From the NCBI GenBank assembly GCA_964563185.1, contig CAZLXD010000002.1, positions 1 to 51,542 on the forward strand: a DNA stretch of 51,542 nt, read 5' to 3'. The notes under the pieces were generated by a model that did not search any database, had not been told where the DNA came from, and worked only from the letters and a program-made list of their open reading frames with translations. Shown in pieces: positions 36,855-44,913 of this stretch (positions are counted from its first letter, which is position 1; each line of letters opens with the position of its first letter). This stretch comes from an uncultured Chitinophaga sp. Lineage in GTDB: Bacteria > Bacteroidota > Bacteroidia > Chitinophagales > LD1. Made by a program: the position numbers and the translations under genes.

Positions 36855-37022
36855 ATGCCGAAGCGGTAACTGTAAATGCTGAAACGGTAACTAAAAGTTA
36901 GAAACCGGTAACTGAATATTGCGCAGTGGTAACGAAAAATGATGCGGCAGTAACAAAAAATGATGCGGTGGTAACGAAAAGTGCTAAAACGATAACTGAA
37001 AATGCCGCAGCGGTAACTATAC
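36855..37022. repeat. Eight contiguous 21-bp direct repeats (iteron-like), core GGTAAC
   Basis: Units start at 36855, 36876, 36897, 36918, 36939, 36960, 36981 and 37002. A degenerate in-phase unit (GGTAAA core) lies at 36834-36854. Confidence 0.9.
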
Positions 37023-37116
37023 CCCCGTGCAAAACTTGCCTTTTTAAAGCGGCATAAAAGGCCGGTGCCGCTATAGCTTAGCCTTAAAATATTACTAACA
37101 CTAAAAACCAAACACT

Positions 37117-38085
37117 ATGAACAGCGCACAGGAAGACCACTACGGCATGTATTTAAAAGTTGATCTTATGTTGGGCACCAATGCTCCCGATTTAGCCTTT
37201 AACCCGGCTATAGCCACCAACAAAACAATACTGCACTCGCTTATTAACCTTATTGCACAGGCCGACAGTACCGCCACCCGCGACATTACCGGCTTTACAA
37301 CCGCTAAAAACGAACACCGCACGCAGCAAATAGCCCAGTTTAAACTGGTGCGTGCGGCTATGATGGGCTACTACACCACCAACCCCGACATTAAAAGCAA
37401 AACCATTATTGATTTTAATGATTCGGATATTGACAAGTTCCGCGATGCCGAACTGTACATAAAAACCGATCAGTTGCTTGATTTGGCACTGCCCGTAAAA
37501 GCCGTGCTGGATACCTTTGGCGTTACTTCGGGCGAAGTGGATGCCCTGGAGGCACTGAACGAGGCCTGGCAAAGTTTAGAACCCATAGGCCGGCAGGAAG
37601 AAGGAGTAAACAAAGCCGCCCGCGAAGATGTGGGCCGCTATATGGTGCAGACAGACAAATTAGTAAAGAACACCTTAGATAGTTATTTAAAGGTAGTGGA
37701 GTACACAAACCCCAACCTGTACAGCCGTTACTTAACCGCCCGTATGATTGACAACAGCGGGGGCAACAGCGGCACTGAGGGGTACGATGTACAAACGCTG
37801 AACATACCTGCAGGCGGATCGGTGTTGTTTCCTATTGGGGCGGGGTCTATTAACCCACTTCTTCAAATTTACCTGCGCGCTATAAGCGGTAATGTATTTG
37901 TATGCACTACCGATTTACCCGCCAGCCCATGCGTAGCTGCCGGCAGCTATCAATTGCTGCAGGGGGTTACTTTTAAAAAGAGTATAGGCGAGTTGGGAAT
38001 AGACCTGAACAAGAATACCCTGCAACTAACCAACCCCGGCTTAAGCGATGCGGTGATAAGGGCAGGGGTAAAAGAGGAGGAGTAA
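37117..38085 (+). CDS. Hypothetical protein (322 aa): no signal peptide, helical N-terminal half, beta-rich C-terminal half, tail GVKEEE
   Basis: Long ATG-initiated ORF followed 15 nt later by a strong terminator hairpin. No family recognised. Confidence 0.65.
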   Translation: MNSAQEDHYGMYLKVDLMLGTNAPDLAFNPAIATNKTILHSLINLIAQADSTATRDITGFTTAKNEHRTQQIAQFKLVRAAMMGYYTTNPDIKSKTIIDFNDSDIDKFRDAELYIKTDQLLDLALPVKAVLDTFGVTSGEVDALEALNEAWQSLEPIGRQEEGVNKAAREDVGRYMVQTDKLVKNTLDSYLKVVEYTNPNLYSRYLTARMIDNSGGNSGTEGYDVQTLNIPAGGSVLFPIGAGSINPLLQIYLRAISGNVFVCTTDLPASPCVAAGSYQLLQGVTFKKSIGELGIDLNKNTLQLTNPGLSDAVIRAGVKEEE

Positions 38086-38099
38086 GCAGGAAGAAATAC

Positions 38100-38146
38100 A
38101 ATAAACAGCGATGCCATCCCCGGATGGGATGGCATCGCTGTTTATT
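38100..38146 (+). terminator. Perfect 21-bp-stem hairpin (terminator of the 322-aa gene)
   Basis: AATAAACAGCGATGCCATCCC-CGGAT-GGGATGGCATCGCTGTTTATT. The arm core CAGCGATGCCATCCC differs at one position from the 33364 hairpin. Confidence 0.8.
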
Positions 38147-38307
38147 GCCCGGTGCCTTTAGCCAATAGTTTCCCTTTATTTGTTAGCGGTGGGTATCTCA
38201 CCCACCGAAACCGGTAAGAAAACACCTCTGTGGCCCACCTTTGTTTGTATAGTTTCGTGATAGATTCAGGGGGCATTAGGCTGCATTAAGAAAGACAAGC
38301 TGCCGTG

Positions 38308-39186
38308 CTACTCTCTTACCATTATCTTCTTTACCACATTATAGTTGTGCCGCTTTATAACACAGAAATAAATTCCACGGGTAACTTCTTCAACCGGTAT
38401 ATTGAAGCTATTTTGATAAGATGTAACCGACTTAACTACCTGCCCGCTTAAATCAATTATTTGAACATTTACAGGATAAGTATCACTCAGCGTGGTAATT
38501 CGAAGCTTATTCCCGTGGTTATCATACACCACGTTCAGTTGTTCGCTATCCTTTACATTATCAGCGCCCATCCACACATGGCAAACGCAGGAGTCAAGTA
38601 ATTGAATGTTTCCCAAATCTTCATGAAAGGCTCCTGTTAGCGAATCGCCAAAACAAATTCTGAATGGAGTACCATCATCAACAAATCCCCACGGGCCCGG
38701 TAGAAAATAATGAGATGACCCCGCTCCTTCAACAATATCTCCCAGTGTATATCCATAATTATAGAAAGGAGTATCTATAATTGAGGTAAAGATAATTCTC
38801 CTTACTTCCCCTCTTATGCTTCTTGTTGAAGCACTATCTACTCTTATAGGAACCAGACTGTCAGAAAAGTGAAACCGGTACCCCGGCTCAACCCAAATAC
38901 GCCATACCTCACCTGCTATAGCATTGTAGTTGTACAAGAAACAGACATTTCCATTACCAAGAATCCTATACACCGTATCGTTTCTAACAAACAAACATCC
39001 CGCCCCGGTTTGTGAACAGGGTATGCCTTGTATTACAGTATCTTTAGAATAATCTGTTTCGGTGTAAATAGTTGCAGTTGGATAGGCATAAACTGTACAC
39101 CAATGTGCTCCGGGATATGCAAACGGAGTTTGTGCTTTACAAAGGAAAATGCAACAAATGAAAATGAACGAGAAGGTGCAGTTCAT
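38308..39186 (-). CDS. T9SS type-A sorting-domain secreted protein
   Basis: Signal peptide and a C-terminal Por-secretion-tail-like ~80 aa (VNVQIIDLSGQVV...GIYFCVIK...KIMV). Confidence 0.7.
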   Translation of the reverse strand: MNCTFSFIFICCIFLCKAQTPFAYPGAHWCTVYAYPTATIYTETDYSKDTVIQGIPCSQTGAGCLFVRNDTVYRILGNGNVCFLYNYNAIAGEVWRIWVEPGYRFHFSDSLVPIRVDSASTRSIRGEVRRIIFTSIIDTPFYNYGYTLGDIVEGAGSSHYFLPGPWGFVDDGTPFRICFGDSLTGAFHEDLGNIQLLDSCVCHVWMGADNVKDSEQLNVVYDNHGNKLRITTLSDTYPVNVQIIDLSGQVVKSVTSYQNSFNIPVEEVTRGIYFCVIKRHNYNVVKKIMVRE

Positions 39187-39239
39187 AAGCCATAGGTTTC
39201 AACCAAAGATAAAAGAAGATACCTGTAAAGGTTTATCAC

Positions 39240-40364
39240 CTACTCAAACGGATTACTAAAAGCCGGGTTGTGGAGGAAGGTGGTATCGGTAAGGGTTTTC
39301 AGAAAAGCAATTAAATCGGCCTTGTCCTGCGGGGTAAGGTATTTAAGCCCACCACGGTGAACGGTTTTCATTTGCGGGTCAACGGTGGGGGAGGTTTTTA
39401 AACTATCGTTGTAAAAATCAACCACGTGTTCCAGCGTGGCAAAGCGGCCATCGTGCATGTAAGGGCCGGTTACTTCAATATTGCGGATGTGGGGTGTGCG
39501 GAACTTTCCGTTATCGAGCATATTGTTGGTTACAGCACCCAGGCCTTTATCGGCAAAGTCGCTGAAGGAATTGGCAAAATCCAGCGCATTGTTGTGGAAG
39601 TTATCATCAATCATGGTAAGGCTGCTGGCGCTGGAAGAAGCATGGCAGTGAAAACAGTCGGCCCCGCCATCAATGGTATCTTTCATAAACAGGTCGTAAA
39701 AGCCGCGGCTTTCCTGAGGTGTAAAAGAAGCCTGGCCCCGCATTACCTTGTCAAACTTCGATTCGGAAGAAATGAGGGTCATTTCGAATTGTGCAATGGC
39801 TTTTTCAATTTTCTGCTGCGTAATAGTTCCGGGCCTTCCGAAGGCTTTTTTAAACAGGGCTACGTATTCGGGCTTAGCTTCCAGGCGGGGAATAACCACT
39901 GCGGGGCTAAAGCCCAGTTCGTGCAGCAGGGCATCGTTGGCCTGGGTGGGCAAATCTTCGCTTCGCCCGTCCCAAAAAAAGTCCTTCATCCAAACCATGT
40001 TAAACAATGGAGGGGAATTGCGCTTAGTGGCTCCAAATACATTCTGGCTAAGTGCTTTGCCCCCATCGGCAAAGGCAAACTCCTGTTTGTGGCACGAAGC
40101 ACAGGCCAGCGTGCTGTCCACCGATAGTACCGGGTCGTAAAATAACATGCGCCCGAGCAACACGCCTTCTTCGGTTAAAGGGTTATCGGCCGGTATGTTT
40201 ATAGAGGGAAACTTAAAAGGCTTTTGCAGCGTAAGCGGAACGCCTACATAAAGGCTGTCGGGGTCGTTACAATCGGTGCAGGTAAACGGAGGGTCGGGCT
40301 TGCATTGCTGCAAAAGCAAAAGAACTAACAGTAATATAGTAGTAAGCAGTAACCCGCGTTTCAT
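39240..40364 (-). CDS. Di-haem cytochrome c peroxidase / MauG family protein (MbnH-like)
   Basis: Two CxxCH motifs (CASCH and CFHCH). Lipoprotein-like signal. Located directly downstream of an MbnP-like gene. Confidence 0.85.
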   Translation of the reverse strand: MKRGLLLTTILLLVLLLLQQCKPDPPFTCTDCNDPDSLYVGVPLTLQKPFKFPSINIPADNPLTEEGVLLGRMLFYDPVLSVDSTLACASCHKQEFAFADGGKALSQNVFGATKRNSPPLFNMVWMKDFFWDGRSEDLPTQANDALLHELGFSPAVVIPRLEAKPEYVALFKKAFGRPGTITQQKIEKAIAQFEMTLISSESKFDKVMRGQASFTPQESRGFYDLFMKDTIDGGADCFHCHASSSASSLTMIDDNFHNNALDFANSFSDFADKGLGAVTNNMLDNGKFRTPHIRNIEVTGPYMHDGRFATLEHVVDFYNDSLKTSPTVDPQMKTVHRGGLKYLTPQDKADLIAFLKTLTDTTFLHNPAFSNPFE

Positions 40365-40367
40365 GGT

Positions 40368-41120
40368 TTAATGGGAATAGATAAAGGAATTGGCAAACTG
40401 ATTGGAAAACTGCAGGGCAATGTTTAAGTCACCATCTTCAGACTGGGTGCCGGGTTGTGTAAACATGTTGAGCGGAGCAGGTGCCTGCTGAAATATTTTG
40501 AGCAAATCGAGGTTCAATGTCAGTGTTTTCTTTTCGCCTTCGTTCACTACAATATCGGAGCCGGTAAGGGTTACTTCGCGGTAGCAGGTATCGCGGCCAA
40601 CGTGGTAAACCATTCCAACCACCCCGCTCGTAAAGTTATTGCCTAAAGTATCGGCCGTTCCTTCTAAAACTATAAAACGGTGTTTCAGCCACTCCCAGAA
40701 CATGTCTTCTTTAGGCCCTAAGGCTTCGGATGAACTGTAGTTATCGGGGTCGGTGGCGTTTTGCTGCGGGTCTAAACCAACATTAAACTTTAAGCCTTTG
40801 TAGGTACCAGCATCCACCTCAGCCGAAAATGATTTCCAGTTACTATCATTCCAATCAAAGAAAGCGGCATCTTCTATTTCCACCTCGCTGTTGTCGGCTT
40901 TTACCAACCGGAAATGAGCTGCGTAAAATTTCAACTTGCTAAAGAAAAACTCTTTGCCGGCACCATCGTTGTAGGTGTTGGAAAAGCTGAAAGGCTGGTT
41001 GCCCACATAGGGTTGCAACTGAACGGTAAAGTTGGCTTTATCCTTTTCTTTACAGCCTGCCAGCAGCAACAGCATAACAGGAATTACAGATGCTATGCGA
41101 AGGATTTGTTTGGTCTTCAT
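40368..41120 (-). CDS. MbnP family copper-binding lipoprotein (putative)
   Basis: Lipoprotein signal (LLAGCKE), ~250 aa, with an LKFYAAHFRLV-type motif. It is paired 3 nt upstream of a di-haem peroxidase gene. Confidence 0.6.
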   Translation of the reverse strand: MKTKQILRIASVIPVMLLLLAGCKEKDKANFTVQLQPYVGNQPFSFSNTYNDGAGKEFFFSKLKFYAAHFRLVKADNSEVEIEDAAFFDWNDSNWKSFSAEVDAGTYKGLKFNVGLDPQQNATDPDNYSSSEALGPKEDMFWEWLKHRFIVLEGTADTLGNNFTSGVVGMVYHVGRDTCYREVTLTGSDIVVNEGEKKTLTLNLDLLKIFQQAPAPLNMFTQPGTQSEDGDLNIALQFSNQFANSFIYSH

Positions 41121-41296
41121 ATCTATATGTTGAATGAATGTATCAAAGAAAGCGAATTGAGTTTTGGCTGAAGCTGATGATAAGTAATATCGGAACGTTA
41201 ATTCAATTAGTGACTCTCCTAAGTGCGAAGGGCGGGGGAGAAAAACAACCCTCTGATGTGAATGATTGATTTAGCTGAATTATTAAAGCTTACGAT

Positions 41297-41650
41297 TTAT
41301 AAAACTGATTGCTTTCGCAACTTGCGGTTAACGCGCGGTACATTGCCACCGTTTACTACCGGTTTTATTCCGTTCCGGTTTAAAATTCCTTTGGCAAACA
41401 TGGCACGTATGCCGCTGTGGCAAAATACCACTACTTGTTTTTTGCCATTAAATTCATTAAACCTTTCTTTTACCGTACCAAGTGGAATGTTTACAGCGCC
41501 CTGCACTGAGCCTTGCGCAAATTCTTTTGGAGTTCTTACATCTACCAAAAAAGATTGCGCGTAGCTTATTTTTGTTGCTTGTTGTGCCGAAACTTCTTCG
41601 TCCATACAAACAAGAAACATGGTAAGGGCAAGTATCGCAGTTATCCTCAT
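41297..41650 (-). CDS. Rhodanese-like domain protein, exported
   Basis: Signal peptide and an active-site loop (CHSGIR). Confidence 0.85.
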   Translation of the reverse strand: MRITAILALTMFLVCMDEEVSAQQATKISYAQSFLVDVRTPKEFAQGSVQGAVNIPLGTVKERFNEFNGKKQVVVFCHSGIRAMFAKGILNRNGIKPVVNGGNVPRVNRKLRKQSVL

Positions 41651-41720
41651 TTGCCTGATTGTTTTTTTGCCGAAAACCTAAGAGATTACAACTATATAAA
41701 CGGTGTTTGCCATTTCGAGA

Positions 41721-43136
41721 TTATGCCTTCATTACTTTACTCTGGCACACATAATTTGTTTTCGGAACGTTAGTTTTTGCAATGGCATTAAACCCACCAT
41801 CCACTTCGGTAAAATTGCGGTAGCCGCGTGCCTGTAAAATGCTGGCGGCAATCATACTGCGGTAACCACCGGCACAGTGCAGGTAAAAGTGCTGCTGGGG
41901 GTTCATGTCCTTAATCCAGTCGTTTATGTAAGCCAGGGGTTTGCTGTAAGCATCTTCTACATGTTCGGCAGCGTATTCAGTTTCTTTCCGCACATCCACA
42001 ATCATATCTTTCTTCACATCGGCTTTAGCGGCAAATTCTTCGGCTGTAATTCTGTTTACTGTATCCACTTCTTTGTCCGCTTCTTTCCATGCTTCGAAAC
42101 TACCTTTTAAATGTGCGAGTATGTTATCGAAACCAACGCGGCTTAAGCGGGTTACGGTTTCCTGTTCCTTTCCCGGCTCACTAACTAACAATATAGGCTG
42201 CTTCACATCCACAATCATGGCGCCTACCCACGGGGCAAAATCGCCATCAATGCCTATGTTTATAGACTGAGGGATAAATCCTTTCCAAAAAGTTTGTGCA
42301 CAGCGTGCATCTAAAACTAATGCGCCCGATTCTTCAGCAGCTACTTCAAACTCGGCAGGTGTTAATTCTCTCATTCCATGATTCAGTACTTCTTCAAAAC
42401 TCTCGTACCCTTTTTTGTTCATGGCTACATTCATTCCAAAATATCCCGGAGGAGGGGTTAAGCCTTCGGTAACCGCTTTTACAAACGCTTCTTTGTTGGG
42501 TTGATTTAATGCGTAGTTCATTTTTTTCTGGTTGCCGAGGGTATCTACGGTTTCCTTCATCATGTTCTTTCCGCAGGCACTTCCGGCACCGTGTGCGGGG
42601 TACACAATTACCTCATCAGCCAGGGGCATAATTTTGTTGTTCAGGCTATCGTAAAGCAAGCCGGCAAGTTGTTCCTGTGTCATGTGAGCAGCTTTCTGCG
42701 CTAAATCGGGGCGGCCAACATCGCCAAGGAAAAGCGTATCGCCCGAGAAAATGGCGTAGTCTCTTCCATCTTCATCAATCAACAGGTAAGTAGCACTTTC
42801 CATGGTATGGCCGGGAGTGTGCAACACTTTAATTTTTACATCGCCTAATTCAAACACTTGCTCATCGGCAGCTATAATGGCATCAAACTCAGGTTGGGCA
42901 GTTGGGCCATACACAATAGGCGCGCCTGTTTTACGGCTCAGGTCCAGATGGCCTGAAACAAAATCGGCATGAAAGTGTGTTTCGAAAATGTACTTCAGTT
43001 TTACATTGTCTCTGTCCAATCTTTCTATATAAGGAAGTGTTTCGCGAAGCGGATCAATAATAGCTGCCTCGCCATTGCTGGTAATGTAGTAAGCGCCTTG
43101 CGCCAAACATCCGGTATAAATTTGCTCTACTTTCAT
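41721..43136 (-). CDS. MBL-fold persulfide-dioxygenase-like protein fused to rhodanese domains
   Basis: HFHADF metal motif at the N-terminus. C-terminal rhodanese active-site loop (CAGGYRS). 471 aa. Confidence 0.85.
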   Translation of the reverse strand: MKVEQIYTGCLAQGAYYITSNGEAAIIDPLRETLPYIERLDRDNVKLKYIFETHFHADFVSGHLDLSRKTGAPIVYGPTAQPEFDAIIAADEQVFELGDVKIKVLHTPGHTMESATYLLIDEDGRDYAIFSGDTLFLGDVGRPDLAQKAAHMTQEQLAGLLYDSLNNKIMPLADEVIVYPAHGAGSACGKNMMKETVDTLGNQKKMNYALNQPNKEAFVKAVTEGLTPPPGYFGMNVAMNKKGYESFEEVLNHGMRELTPAEFEVAAEESGALVLDARCAQTFWKGFIPQSINIGIDGDFAPWVGAMIVDVKQPILLVSEPGKEQETVTRLSRVGFDNILAHLKGSFEAWKEADKEVDTVNRITAEEFAAKADVKKDMIVDVRKETEYAAEHVEDAYSKPLAYINDWIKDMNPQQHFYLHCAGGYRSMIAASILQARGYRNFTEVDGGFNAIAKTNVPKTNYVCQSKVMKA

Positions 43137-43233
43137 ATTACTTGTTTTGTTTCTATTTTAAAATTACGATATAAAGATACCGTGTGGCGAAGAGAAAGTT
43201 CCGCTACTTTTGTTACAATTTCCTTGCTGCTAT

Positions 43234-44049
43234 TCAGTGCCTTTCACCGGTAGGAAAATACAGTTCTTTAACGATAATGTAAATACCCATTACCAGCACA
43301 AACCAGCCAAAGCCTTTCTTTAACTTAGCTGCATCTGCTTTCTTGCTAAGCAGGTCACCCACAAAAACTCCTGCTACGGCAACTGCTGTTACAGTTAACA
43401 GCAAAAACCAATCTATGTTCAAATGGCCCAAATCGCCAGTGAAGCCAATCAGTGATTTTGCTGCGATAATTAACAGCGAAGTTCCTACCGCCTGTTTCAT
43501 AGGCAGTTTACTGAGCAATACAAGGGCGGGTATAATTAAAAAACCTCCACCTGCCCCTACTAAACCGGTTAGCACACCTACAATCATTCCTTCTACAAAA
43601 ATTAAAGGTATGTTGAATTGTTGTGGCTTCGTTTCATGATTGTCTTTGGCGCTTTTCTTTTCGCGAATCATAGACACCGATGCTGCTACCATTAGTATGG
43701 CAAACAGTAACATCATAAGCATATTCTTTGTAATAATAAAGCTGCCTGCGGTAAAAACTTCTTTTGGTATTAACGGAACTATAAATGCGCGGGTCGCAAA
43801 AACCGCTATTATAGAAGGTATGCCGAAAATTATTGCTGTTTTAAGGTTTACCATTCCCTGCTTATATTTTGGGTAGGCCCCCACCAAAGCTGTGCTACCT
43901 ACTATAAATAGCGAGTAAGCTGTAGCTACCACGGGTTCTACTCCAAACAGGTAAACCAAAACCGGAACAGTAAGTATTGAACCGCCACCGCCAATAAGCC
44001 CAAGCGAAACTCCGATAATTGTGGCTGCTAGGTAAGATAGAATTAGCAT
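43234..44049 (-). CDS. Sulfite exporter TauE/SafE family membrane protein
   Basis: Duplicated 4-TM TauE pattern with GGGGSILTVP and GAGGGFLIIPAL motifs. Confidence 0.88.
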   Translation of the reverse strand: MLILSYLAATIIGVSLGLIGGGGSILTVPVLVYLFGVEPVVATAYSLFIVGSTALVGAYPKYKQGMVNLKTAIIFGIPSIIAVFATRAFIVPLIPKEVFTAGSFIITKNMLMMLLFAILMVAASVSMIREKKSAKDNHETKPQQFNIPLIFVEGMIVGVLTGLVGAGGGFLIIPALVLLSKLPMKQAVGTSLLIIAAKSLIGFTGDLGHLNIDWFLLLTVTAVAVAGVFVGDLLSKKADAAKLKKGFGWFVLVMGIYIIVKELYFPTGERH

Positions 44050-44155
44050 GGTGTATGCGTTAATTGATGTTGCAAAAATGGCTCTTATGAATCTTAGAGC
44101 CTGTTACATTTGTTACAGTTAGGGTTACAGAAATGTTTCACTGATGGTAAGTTTG

Positions 44156-44739
44156 CTAAATTCTTGCTTTTAAACTAAATCGTTTGAAGTTTTTGTTGTG
44201 TTTAATCCGGGCAAAGACAGGCTCTACATCGCAGCATCGCTTTTTCCGGTGCCGGATACTTCTTCGCTTTGTAGTTTTTCGCGGGCTTGTTGCTGATAGT
44301 ATCTTAACCGGTGATTGATTTTAATGGTTCGGTTGCCTTGTATTCCCCTTAACGGACAGTTGACACAGTTTTGCGCCTGATAAACGTGCAGTTCTTTTTC
44401 GCAACCGTTATCGGACTTTGTTTTTCGATGTGTAGTTTTGTTCATGCGTTGCCCCATCGGACAGATGTAAAAATCCTGTTCGTGGTTGTAGTGCAACTGG
44501 TTTTGATGAAAAGGATTTTTGTTGGCGTAATTTTTCTGTTGTTCTTTATCAAAACTGCTGAACTTGACGAATGCTTCTATCATATTTTGCTTTAAAAAAC
44601 GTAGTTTTCTTCGCTTCCATAACCGGCATCCGTAGTAATGTTCCCGGGTGCTTCCTGATACAGGTTGTTGTGCTCTCCTACATGTTCTTTGAGGGTAGTA
44701 GTATCGGTGGGGGAGTTTAAGCAGAATGCCTATAACCAT
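44156..44739 (-). pseudogene. Decayed IS1182/IS5-like DDE transposase (C-terminal part only, at least 2 frameshifts)
   Basis: Three minus-strand frames must be joined to read the following: ...TDAGYGSEENYVF / LKQNMIEAFVKFSSFDKEQ...FYICPMGQ...CVNCP... / VEPVFARIKHNKNFKRF. The N-terminal ~250 aa are absent. One frameshift is at the A6 run near 44594-44599 and another is near 44224-44235. Confidence 0.7.
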
Positions 44740-44913
44740 GCCGCATCTTCCCTATAGAAAACATACCGCCACAATACGAAGCATTCTACAAGGCGTGCTT
44801 AAAAGCAAGCCGGTGGAGTTTGTTGTTTGATGGGCAACAGGCTGCAGCACACATAAACAGCGCAGCCATCTTTTTAAAGTATGGCTGCACTAATCTTCAA
44901 AAGCAAACCTCCC

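Noticed and set aside
36855-37022. Possible CRISPR array.
   Set aside because: The units are contiguous with no unique spacers. The unit length of 21 bp is below CRISPR repeat size. There are no cas genes in the window.
36734-37111. A 125-aa minus-strand ORF reading through the 21-bp repeat array (FSYRFxx heptads).
   Set aside because: It has a TTG start only, with no ATG upstream of the repeats. The composition is extreme (Phe/Tyr/Arg/Cys). The open frame is explained by the 21-bp (7-codon) periodicity of a DNA repeat. It is kept as the explicit alternative hypothesis in the repeat-array finding.
39426-40140. Long + strand ORFs (233 aa and 130 aa) antisense to the di-haem peroxidase gene.
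   Set aside because: They lie entirely within a strongly supported CDS on the other strand. The composition is low-complexity (Ala/Gly/Val-rich), typical of antisense frames. No motifs are present.
17154-44049. Two TauE/SafE paralogs in one window, as a possible duplication.
   Set aside because: The protein sequences are clearly divergent and sit in unrelated contexts. Multiple TauE paralogs per genome are ordinary.
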